NCBI GenBank assembly: GCA_050701635.1
Contig: JBOGDF010000001.1
Coordinates: 1 to 63,256 of the forward strand
Source of the DNA: Micromonosporaceae bacterium
GTDB taxonomy: Bacteria; Actinomycetota; Actinomycetes; Mycobacteriales; Micromonosporaceae
Length of the DNA stretch: 63,256 bases
Direction: 5' to 3'
Shown here: in pieces, positions 24,449 through 32,412 of the stretch
Position numbering within the stretch: the first letter of the stretch is position 1
Layout: every line of letters begins with the position of its first letter
Program-made: the position numbers and the translations under genes
The notes under the pieces: model-generated
What the model was told of the DNA's origin: nothing
Seen by the model: only the letters and a program-made list of their open reading frames with translations
Databases searched by the model: none

Positions 24449-24820
24449 TCAGGTCCAGTGCAGTACGCGCTTGCGCCAGGCGTACAGCAGCCCGAGTGCC
24501 AGGACGCCGACGAAGATCGCCATCTCGACCACGGTGATGGTGCCGAAGCCGGGCCGGTCGAAGATCACCGCCCACGGGAACAGGAACACGCTCTCCACCG
24601 CGAACAGCACATAGAGGTACGCGTACACGTAGTAGCGGATCTGCGACTGCGCCCAGTCGCCGCCGACCGGGTCCAGCCCGCACTCGTACGTGGTCAGCTT
24701 GTCGGCGGTGGGATCATGCGGCCGCAGTAGCCGGTTGGCGGTGAACGCCACCGTGAAGAAGCCGGCGCCGACCAGCAGCAGCAACCCGAGCGTCGCGTAA
24801 CCGCCGAGGTAGCCGCCCAT
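24449..24820 (-). CDS. nuoA2: NADH-quinone oxidoreductase subunit A, paralogue 2
   Basis: 123 aa with three TM helices and the NuoA blocks YECG and YLYVLFAVESVFLFPW. Confidence 0.85.
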   Translation of the reverse strand: MGGYLGGYATLGLLLLVGAGFFTVAFTANRLLRPHDPTADKLTTYECGLDPVGGDWAQSQIRYYVYAYLYVLFAVESVFLFPWAVIFDRPGFGTITVVEMAIFVGVLALGLLYAWRKRVLHWT

Positions 24821-24991
24821 GCGCCTGACCCTAGCGGCTGCGCGACCCCCGACGCGAGCGGCTCACCCACCGACTTACCCGCCGAGGCGGGCGACCCGTC
24901 CCAGAGGCGCGAGCGGCTCACCCGCCGGCGCGAGCGGCCATCCCCGCGGAGGTCCCCACCCGAGAGGCGGCGGGCACCTACGCTCGGCGAT

Positions 24992-25534
24992 ATGTCGCGA
25001 ATCGTGATCAACGCACCCACCGCCATGCAGCGGATCTTCGTCACCGTCCTGGCACCGGTCGCGCTGGTGCTGCTGGTGTGCCTGGGCGGCATCCTGACGG
25101 GCCCGCTCCAGCACCTGCTCGGCACCGCCGGGCTGGTGATCTTCGCGATCTTCGTGGTGCTCTGCCTGGCCGGGATCGGGTACGGCCTGCTCAAGGCGTA
25201 CCGCTGGCTGGTCTGGTTGGAAGGCAGCCAGCTGGTGGTACGCGGCGCGATCACCACGCTGCGGTGCGACCTGGCCACCGCCCCGGTCCGCATCGACAGC
25301 ACCGGCTGGTTCACCCGGATTCCGGTACTGCGCGCGCGACCGGCCGGCGGCGGACGGTGGCTGCGGGCGCCGCTGCGTACCGCCAACATGGATCTCGTCG
25401 ACCCGGTGGCGCTACGGGCGCTGGCGGCCGTGATCAGCTCCGGGGCGCGGCCGGAGCCGGACCGGGCCCAGGCGGCGTGGGTGGTCGGAGCGCTGCGCCA
25501 GCTGGCCGACAATCCCGCGTCCCGGCTTCTCTAG
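24992..25534 (+). CDS. Hypothetical membrane protein
   Basis: Two N-terminal TM helices followed by a soluble domain. No family was recognised. Confidence 0.5.
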   Translation: MSRIVINAPTAMQRIFVTVLAPVALVLLVCLGGILTGPLQHLLGTAGLVIFAIFVVLCLAGIGYGLLKAYRWLVWLEGSQLVVRGAITTLRCDLATAPVRIDSTGWFTRIPVLRARPAGGGRWLRAPLRTANMDLVDPVALRALAAVISSGARPEPDRAQAAWVVGALRQLADNPASRLL

Positions 25535-25585
25535 CTCTAGCCGGCGCCCTCCGGCCCACCCGTACGGGTGACCTGGCACACCGAC

Positions 25586-25613
25586 GCAACTGGATGGCGT
25601 TACTCGGCGTGTC
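25586..25613 (+). promoter_or_regulatory. Candidate ECF-type promoter (GCAAC-N17-CGTGTC)
   Basis: An AAC-type -35 and a CGT-type -10 with a 17-nt spacer, about 50 nt upstream of ATG 25661. This is a pattern match only. Confidence 0.25.
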
Positions 25614-25660
25614 ATGTGCGAACCCGACATCACCCCAGGGACGGCAGGAGGCGCGTACGC

Positions 25661-26263
25661 ATGACACACGCCGCGACCGCCCCTGCAATGATGTTCCGCG
25701 TCGGGGCGACGGAAGCCGTCCGCGCCCACTCGACGCGCGAAGGGGTGCCGATGCGGTCAGAGGCGGAATTCGCCGCCCTGTACCAGGCCCGCTTTGGAGA
25801 CCTTTCCGGACAGTTGTACGCATATCTCGGCGATTCCACCGAGGCCCAGGACGTGGTCCAGGAAGCGTTCGTACGCGCCTGGCAGCGCTGGGAGAAGATC
25901 GGCCAGTACGACGACCCCGTGGCCTGGGTACGCCGGGTCGCGTGGAATCTGGCCACCACCCGGCACCGCCGCCTCGCGGTGGTACGCAAATACGTGTCCC
26001 GATCCGGCCCGCCCGGGCATCAGCCGGAGGCCAGTCCGGACCGGGTCGCCCTGGTCGCCGCGCTGCGCCGGATCCCCGAGCAGCAGCGCCGGGCGCTGGT
26101 GATGCACTACCTGGCCGACCTGTCCGTCGCCGACATCGCCCGTGAAGTCGGGGTCGCCGACGGCACCGTGAAGTCCTGGCTGCACCGCGGCCGGCACGAG
26201 CTGGCGAAACTACTGGCAGACGCACCCGAACCACAACGCGAGGAGGTGACCGACGATGACTGA
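25661..26263 (+). CDS. ECF-family RNA polymerase sigma factor
   Basis: Region 2 is DVVQEAFVRAWQRW...WVRRVAWN. Region 4 is LSVADIAREVGVADGTVKSWLHRGR. ATG 25751 (GAAGGGG upstream) is a credible alternative start. Confidence 0.8.
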   Translation: MTHAATAPAMMFRVGATEAVRAHSTREGVPMRSEAEFAALYQARFGDLSGQLYAYLGDSTEAQDVVQEAFVRAWQRWEKIGQYDDPVAWVRRVAWNLATTRHRRLAVVRKYVSRSGPPGHQPEASPDRVALVAALRRIPEQQRRALVMHYLADLSVADIAREVGVADGTVKSWLHRGRHELAKLLADAPEPQREEVTDDD

Positions 26264-27149
26264 GCCGTACCAGCCGCACAACTCCGAGGAAGACGCGACC
26301 GAGCGGATCGTCGCCGACGCGTTCGCTTCCTTCCGTACCTCCCGCCTGGAGACCGCGACCACCCCGGACCTCGACCAGGTGTACGCCGCCGCAGCCACCC
26401 GGCGCCGGCAGCGGACCTACCTGGCCGGAGCCGGGATCGCGGCGACGCTCGTCCTCGTGGCCGGTACGGCCGCCGCGCTGACCGGTCTCGGCAAGCCGGA
26501 TCCGGGCCCCGTGGCGGGCAACACGCCGAGCAACCGTCCGTCGTCGTCGCAGTCGGCCAGGCCCAGTGAGGCGCCCAGCGCGAGCGCCCCGGAGAGCCCC
26601 AAGGACAGCCCGAAGCCGCCGCCCAGCATCCGCGACGTCGACCTGCGCAACCTCACGCTCACGCTGCCGCAGCTGATGGAGGGCTGCCCGGGTGGCGTCC
26701 TGACGTTCAGCGACGGAGAGACCACCGGCCCCGAAGGCTGCCCGTGGCGGATCGCGTACGGCGACACCCGGTACGCCGACCTGGACGGCGCCGCCGGCGA
26801 CGAGGCGGTCACCACGATCGCGGCGGGACGCCCGTACGCGGAGTACATGGCCGGAGTGATCGCACTGCGGCGTACCGCCGACGGCAGCGTCGAACCAATG
26901 AGCTACGTCTTCATCGCCGACCACAGCAGCCAGCGCATCACCGGCATCTCGGTCAGCGACGAGGGCGCGATCACCGTAGGGATCGAGGACACGTCGTGGG
27001 ATCCGCAGCAGCCGCAGCGGCAGGACCGTACGTACCGGTGGACCGGCGCCGCGGTGGCGTTCGAGCAGATCGGAGGGCCGACGGCGTTCCCGTCGCCGGG
27101 TCCCGACCCGTCCGATCCGGGCCCTACCGGCTCCCCATCGGGTGGATGA
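26256..27149 (+). CDS. Single-pass membrane protein, probable cognate anti-sigma factor
   Basis: The start overlaps the sigma-factor stop. It has a short cytoplasmic N-terminus, one TM helix (YLAGAGIAATLVLVAGTAAAL), a Pro/Ser linker and an extracytoplasmic domain. Confidence 0.5.
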   Translation: MTEPYQPHNSEEDATERIVADAFASFRTSRLETATTPDLDQVYAAAATRRRQRTYLAGAGIAATLVLVAGTAAALTGLGKPDPGPVAGNTPSNRPSSSQSARPSEAPSASAPESPKDSPKPPPSIRDVDLRNLTLTLPQLMEGCPGGVLTFSDGETTGPEGCPWRIAYGDTRYADLDGAAGDEAVTTIAAGRPYAEYMAGVIALRRTADGSVEPMSYVFIADHSSQRITGISVSDEGAITVGIEDTSWDPQQPQRQDRTYRWTGAAVAFEQIGGPTAFPSPGPDPSDPGPTGSPSGG

Positions 27150-27281
27150 GACGGGGCATCCCCCTACCGGTACGGGTGCGTGCTGTGTCACGCTCCGGAC
27201 GCGCTACGGGGCGGGACATCCTTCCCGACGTAGCATCGGTTAGATAAGAGGGACCGGCCGGCCCGGCCATCCACCCACGCT

Positions 27282-29177
27282 GTGGCCGAGTCCGATCCCA
27301 CAGAGGAGGTCCTGGGTCACGTGACCAAACAGATCCGGCAGTTGGATCGAGTGGTCATTCGCTTCGCCGGCGACTCCGGCGACGGCATGCAGCTCACCGG
27401 TGATCGATTCACCTCTGAGACCGCACAGCTGGGAAATGACCTGTCGACGCTGCCCAACTTCCCCGCGGAGATCCGCGCCCCCGCCGGCACCCTGCCCGGG
27501 GTGTCGAGCTTCCAGGTGCACTTCGCGGACACCGACATCCTGACCCCGGGCGACGCGCCGGACGTACTGGTCGCGATGAACCCTGCCGCGCTGAAGTCCA
27601 ACATCGGCGACCTGCCGCGCGGCGCCGAGATCATCGTCAACACCGACGAGTTCACTCCCCGCGCCCTGACCAAGGTGGGGTATGCCGGCAACCCAATCGA
27701 AGACGGCTCACTGGACGGCTACCAGCTCCACGAGGTGGCGCTGACCAGCATGACCGTCGGCGCGCTGCAGAGCTTCGGGCTGTCGAAGAAGGAGGCGGAG
27801 CGGGCGAAGAACATGTTCGCGCTCGGGCTGCTCTCCTGGATGTACCACCGCCCGATCGACGGCACGGTGAGGTTCCTGGAGCGCAAGTTCGCCGCCCGCC
27901 CGGAGCTCGCCGACGCCAACGTCGCGGCGCTGAAGGCCGGCTGGAACTACGGCGAGACCACCGAAGACTTCTCCGTCCAGTACGAGGTCAAGCCGGCCAA
28001 GCTGCCCGCGGGTACCTACCGCAACATCACCGGCAACACGGCGCTGGCGTACGGGGTCGTGGCGGCTGGCGTACGCAGCGGGTTGCCGGTCTTCCTCGGG
28101 GCGTACCCGATCACGCCGGCCAGCGACATCCTGCACGAGCTGTCCAAGCACAAGCGGTTCAACGTCACCACGTTCCAGGCCGAGGACGAGATCGCGGCGG
28201 TCGGTGCGGCGCTGGGCGCCGCGTACGGCGGCGCGATCGGCGTCACCACCTCCAGCGGCCCCGGCATCGCGCTCAAGTCCGAGACGATCAGCCTGGCGGT
28301 GGCGCTGGAGCTGCCGCTGGTGATCGTCGACGTACAGCGGGCAGGGCCGTCCACGGGACTGCCCACCAAGACCGAGCAGGCCGACCTGGCGATGGCGCTG
28401 TTCGGGCGGCACGGCGAGGCGCCGGTGGCGATTCTCGCCGCCCGCTCCCCCTCGGACTGCTTCTACACCGCGCTGGAGGCGTGCCGGATCGCGGTCACGT
28501 ACCGGACTCCGGTGATGCTGCTCTCCGACGGCTACCTGGCCAACGGCTCGGAGCCGTGGCTGCTGCCCGAGGTCTCCGAGCTGCCCGACATGTCGGTGGA
28601 GTTCGCCACGGGGCCGAACGGGCCGGACGGCGAGTTCCTGCCGTACCTGCGGGATCCGGAGACCCTCGCCCGGCCGTGGGCGCCGCCCGGGGTGGCGGGG
28701 CTGGAGCACCGGATCGGCGGCCTGGAGAAGGCCGACCGTACCGGCGACATCTCCTATGACCCCGCCAACCACGACGCGATGGTACGGATCCGGGCCGCGC
28801 GGATCGAGGCGATCGACGTACCGCCGCTGGAGGTCGAGGACCCGGACGCCTCGACCGGCTCTGGCGCGCGGGTTCTGGTTCTTGGTTGGGGCTCGGCGTA
28901 CGGGCCGATCGGGGCGGCGTGCCGGCAGCTGCGGCAGCGCGGCGTGAAGATCGCGCAGGCGCACCTGCGGCACCTGGCGCCGTTCCCGAAGAACACCGGC
29001 GAGGTGGTGCGCTCCTACGACCGCGTGGTGATCCCCGAGATGAACCTCGGCCAGCTGTCGATGCTGGTGCGGTCGCGCTTCCTGGTCGACGCGATCGGCT
29101 ACAACAAGGTGCGCGGGCTGCCGTTCACCGCCGCCGAGCTGGAGACCGTACTCGAAGAGGTCGTGAAGAATGTCTAG
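27282..29177 (+). CDS. korA: 2-oxoglutarate/2-oxoacid:ferredoxin oxidoreductase subunit alpha
   Basis: N-terminal VVIRFAGDSGDGMQLTG. Its size and adjacency to the TPP-binding beta subunit match actinobacterial KorA. Confidence 0.9.
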   Translation: MAESDPTEEVLGHVTKQIRQLDRVVIRFAGDSGDGMQLTGDRFTSETAQLGNDLSTLPNFPAEIRAPAGTLPGVSSFQVHFADTDILTPGDAPDVLVAMNPAALKSNIGDLPRGAEIIVNTDEFTPRALTKVGYAGNPIEDGSLDGYQLHEVALTSMTVGALQSFGLSKKEAERAKNMFALGLLSWMYHRPIDGTVRFLERKFAARPELADANVAALKAGWNYGETTEDFSVQYEVKPAKLPAGTYRNITGNTALAYGVVAAGVRSGLPVFLGAYPITPASDILHELSKHKRFNVTTFQAEDEIAAVGAALGAAYGGAIGVTTSSGPGIALKSETISLAVALELPLVIVDVQRAGPSTGLPTKTEQADLAMALFGRHGEAPVAILAARSPSDCFYTALEACRIAVTYRTPVMLLSDGYLANGSEPWLLPEVSELPDMSVEFATGPNGPDGEFLPYLRDPETLARPWAPPGVAGLEHRIGGLEKADRTGDISYDPANHDAMVRIRAARIEAIDVPPLEVEDPDASTGSGARVLVLGWGSAYGPIGAACRQLRQRGVKIAQAHLRHLAPFPKNTGEVVRSYDRVVIPEMNLGQLSMLVRSRFLVDAIGYNKVRGLPFTAAELETVLEEVVKNV

Positions 29178-30297
29178 CCCCGTCAGCGGCAACGGCAACG
29201 GGCGTACCGCGCTCAGCCTGGTGCCGAAGACCGACGAGAAGCAGACCGCCAAGGAGTTCAAGAGCGACCAGGAAGTGCGCTGGTGCCCCGGCTGCGGCGA
29301 CTACGCGATCCTGGCCGCGATGCAGTCGTTCCTGCCTGAGTTGGGGCTGCGCCGGGAGAACATCTGCTTCGTCTCCGGCATCGGCTGCTCGTCGCGGTTC
29401 CCGTACTACCTGGACACGTACGGGATGCACTCGATCCACGGCCGGGCGCCCGCGATCGCCACCGGGCTGGCGGTGTCGCGGCCGGACCTGTCGGTGTGGG
29501 TGGTGACCGGCGACGGCGACGCGCTCTCGATCGGCGGCAACCACCTGATCCACGCGCTGCGGCGTAACGTCAACATCAAGATCCTGCTGTTCAACAACCG
29601 GATCTACGGGCTGACCAAAGGCCAGTATTCGCCCACCTCGGAGCTCGGCAAGATCACCAAGTCGACACCGATCGGTTCGGCGGACTGGCCGTTCAACCCG
29701 ATCTCGCTGGCGCTCGGCGCCGAGGCGTCGTTCGTGGCCCGCACCATCGACTCCGACCGCAAGCACCTCACCTCGGTGCTGCGCGCGGCGGCGAACCACC
29801 CGGGCAGCGCGTTCGTGGAGATCTACCAGAACTGCAACATCTTCAACGACGGCGCGTTCGAGATCCTGAAGGACCCGGCGCGGCGGGACGAGGCGCTGAT
29901 CCGGCTGGAGCACGGCGAGCCGATTACCTTCGGCAAGCGAAGCGCGCCGGAGCATGAGCACGGTGGCAACCGCGACGACGGCGGCCTCGGCGAGAAGTGC
30001 GTGGTCAAGGAGCCGCGCGGCTTCGGGCTGCAGGTCACGAACACCGCCGACGTCGACCACGACGAGATCATCGTGCACGACGAGACGGTGCCCCGCCCGT
30101 CGTACGCGTTCTCGCTGTCCCGGCTGCCGAACGACGACCTGACCAACACGCCGATCGGCGTACTGCGGTCGGTGATCCGGCCCCGGTACGACGAGATCGT
30201 GCGGGACCAGGTCACACAGGCGCGGGAGTCGGCCGCCGAGCCCGACCAGGAGCTGACGAAGCTGCTGCACGGCGGCGACACCTGGACCATCCTCTAG
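29170..30297 (+). CDS. korB: 2-oxoglutarate/2-oxoacid:ferredoxin oxidoreductase subunit beta
   Basis: WCPGCGDY and TPP-binding GDGD...GGNH blocks. It overlaps korA by 8 nt. Confidence 0.9.
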   Translation: MSSPVSGNGNGRTALSLVPKTDEKQTAKEFKSDQEVRWCPGCGDYAILAAMQSFLPELGLRRENICFVSGIGCSSRFPYYLDTYGMHSIHGRAPAIATGLAVSRPDLSVWVVTGDGDALSIGGNHLIHALRRNVNIKILLFNNRIYGLTKGQYSPTSELGKITKSTPIGSADWPFNPISLALGAEASFVARTIDSDRKHLTSVLRAAANHPGSAFVEIYQNCNIFNDGAFEILKDPARRDEALIRLEHGEPITFGKRSAPEHEHGGNRDDGGLGEKCVVKEPRGFGLQVTNTADVDHDEIIVHDETVPRPSYAFSLSRLPNDDLTNTPIGVLRSVIRPRYDEIVRDQVTQARESAAEPDQELTKLLHGGDTWTIL

Positions 30298-30320
30298 CCG
30301 GCCAGCCGTAACGTAGAGAC

Positions 30321-30524
30321 ATGCCGATCTCCCTGCACCTGCCGGAAGACATCGACCGCGCGGCTCGCGCTATGGCCAAGCAGCGGCGCCAGAGCCTGCA
30401 CGATCTGGTCGTCGAGGCCGTAGCGGAGCACATCCGGCGCGAGATGGACGCCGAGGTCGAACGTATCGGCCGCGACGCCGCGGTCCGGTACGCCGACGCC
30501 CTCGACCGCCTCGGCAAGTCGTAA
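30321..30524 (+). CDS. Ribbon-helix-helix (CopG-like) protein, orphan antitoxin-like
   Basis: MPISLHLPEDIDRAARAMAKQRRQSLHDLVVEAVAEHI fits the RHH beta-alpha-alpha pattern. No toxin ORF is adjacent. Confidence 0.55.
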   Translation: MPISLHLPEDIDRAARAMAKQRRQSLHDLVVEAVAEHIRREMDAEVERIGRDAAVRYADALDRLGKS

Positions 30525-30732
30525 ACTGCCGGCGCTGGGCATCTGGTGGGGCCCGCCTAGCGGGAACAGGATCGCTGTTTCCGGAACGGATCGGTGTGTC
30601 AGGCGGACGGCGAGTTCCCGAAGTAGCGATCTTGGCTGTGAGCGCGGCGCGCGCAGCGATCTTGGTTGAGGGTGCCGAGGCGGGGCGGCGCACGGCGGCC
30701 GGGAGTGGCGGGCCCCTGGTCAGGGCGGTTTC

Positions 30733-31140
30733 GTGAGAGCATTCGACGCCGTGGGCATACTCATCAAAGTCGGCATCACAGCGGTCGCGCTGTGGGTCGC
30801 TACGCTGATCGTCCCCGGCATCCAACTCGGCGCCGGGTCGACCCTGGGCAAGATCGGCACCCTGGTCGCCGTCGCGGTGATCTTCGGGCTGGTCAACGCC
30901 GTACTCAAGCCGATCATCAAGACCGTCGGCTGCGCGTTCTACCTGGTGACGCTGGGGCTGATCGCGCTGGTGGTCAACGGGCTGCTGTTCCTGCTGGTCG
31001 ACTGGATCGCCGAGCAGTTCAACCTGCCGTTCGAGGTGGCCAACTTCTGGCCCGCCGCAGTGCTCGGCGCACTGGTGGTCGGCATCGTCAGCTTCGTCCT
31101 CAACCTGGTCGTCCCGGACGGCAAGGACGACGACGAATAG
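30733..31140 (+). CDS. Phage-holin-family-4 (DUF360-like) membrane protein
   Basis: 135 aa with 4 TM helices and FGLVNAVLKPIIK, characteristic of this family. Confidence 0.65.
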   Translation: MRAFDAVGILIKVGITAVALWVATLIVPGIQLGAGSTLGKIGTLVAVAVIFGLVNAVLKPIIKTVGCAFYLVTLGLIALVVNGLLFLLVDWIAEQFNLPFEVANFWPAAVLGALVVGIVSFVLNLVVPDGKDDDE

Positions 31141-31245
31141 CCGCGACGGGTCGCCGGGCTGGGCGGTGGTCCGGCCCGGCGGCGCGCGTGACGGTGGTTA
31201 CACGAGCAAGGACCATCATGGGGTACGCCCCTTACGCTGGACGGC

Positions 31246-32211
31246 GTGAACGAACTCCGCCGCGGATACCTGTACGGGATCGCCGCCTTCGGGCTGTGGG
31301 GCCTGTTCCCGCTGTACTGGAATCTGCTCAGACCGTCCGGTCCGGTCGAGATCCTGGCCCACCGGATCGTCTGGTCGGTGGTGTTCGTCGCCGGCCTGCT
31401 GCTGGTGCTGCGGCGCTGGTCGTGGCTGCGTACGCTCGCCCGGCAGCCCCGCAAGCTGCTGCTCGTCCTGGTCGCGGCGTCGCTGATCGCGGTGAACTGG
31501 GTGACGTACATCTACGGCGTCGTGTCCGCCCAGGTGGTGGAGACCTCACTCGGCTACTACATCAACCCGCTGGTGTCGGTGCTGCTCGGCGTCGTCGTGC
31601 TGCACGAGCGGATGCGTACGGCGCAGTGGCTGGCGATCGGGATCGGCGCGGTGGCGGTGGTCGTACTCACCGTCGACTATGGACGGTTGCCGTGGATCGC
31701 GCTCACCCTGGCCGGCACGTTCGCCTGCTACGGGCTGGCGAAGAAGCGGCTCGGGCTGCCCGCCGCCGAAGGGCTGTTCGTGGAGTCGGCGGCGCTGGCG
31801 GTGCCCGCCCTGGCGTACGTCGGATGGCTGTTTTCGGCCAGTCAGCACACCTTCGGCACCGTCTCGATCGGACACACCCTGTTACTGGCCGGCGCCGGCG
31901 CGGCGACCGCGATCCCGCTGCTGTTCTTCGCCGGAGCCGCCAACCGGATCCCGCTGTCCGCCATCGGGCTGCTGCAGTACATCGCTCCGACGCTGCAGTT
32001 CGGGATCGGCGTACTGGTCTTCCGGGAGCCGATGCCGGTCGCGCGCCAGCTGGGATTTGTGCTGGTCTGGGCCGCACTTGTGGTGTTCAGTGCCGACGCG
32101 GTACGGCATTACCGCCGGACCCGTACCGCCGCCGCGAAGGCTGCCGCGGGCCCGCCACGCGAGGGAATGACCGCGCCACCGGCGGCCGTCGCTGTCGACG
32201 CACAAGGCTGA
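31246..32211 (+). CDS. rarD: EamA/RarD-family transporter
   Basis: N-terminal GYLYGIAAFGLWGLFPLYW is RarD-like. It has 10 TM segments. Confidence 0.75.
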   Translation: MNELRRGYLYGIAAFGLWGLFPLYWNLLRPSGPVEILAHRIVWSVVFVAGLLLVLRRWSWLRTLARQPRKLLLVLVAASLIAVNWVTYIYGVVSAQVVETSLGYYINPLVSVLLGVVVLHERMRTAQWLAIGIGAVAVVVLTVDYGRLPWIALTLAGTFACYGLAKKRLGLPAAEGLFVESAALAVPALAYVGWLFSASQHTFGTVSIGHTLLLAGAGAATAIPLLFFAGAANRIPLSAIGLLQYIAPTLQFGIGVLVFREPMPVARQLGFVLVWAALVVFSADAVRHYRRTRTAAAKAAAGPPREGMTAPPAAVAVDAQG

Positions 32212-32301
32212 GCCGTTCGACCACGTACCGTCACGAAACCGGGGCCGCGAGCCGGGCGATTGATGGGCTAGTGTCCCGTGCAGCACATCGCCATCGGCGG
32301 C

Positions 32302-32323
32302 GTTAACGCCTGGTTCACCGCGC
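32302..32323 (+). promoter_or_regulatory. Candidate PHO box (two 11-nt direct repeat units)
   Basis: GTTAACGCCTG GTTCACCGCGC. The second unit has the GTTCACC core of actinomycete PhoP sites. It lies about 90 nt upstream of the phoX start. Confidence 0.35.
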
Positions 32324-32412
32324 CTGTGCCAGCGGGCAACCCACCGGGCCTAGCGTCCCGGCGACACCCCCAACACGGCCGCGTACGGCGGCCGCTTTGC
32401 CAGGAGGCACGA

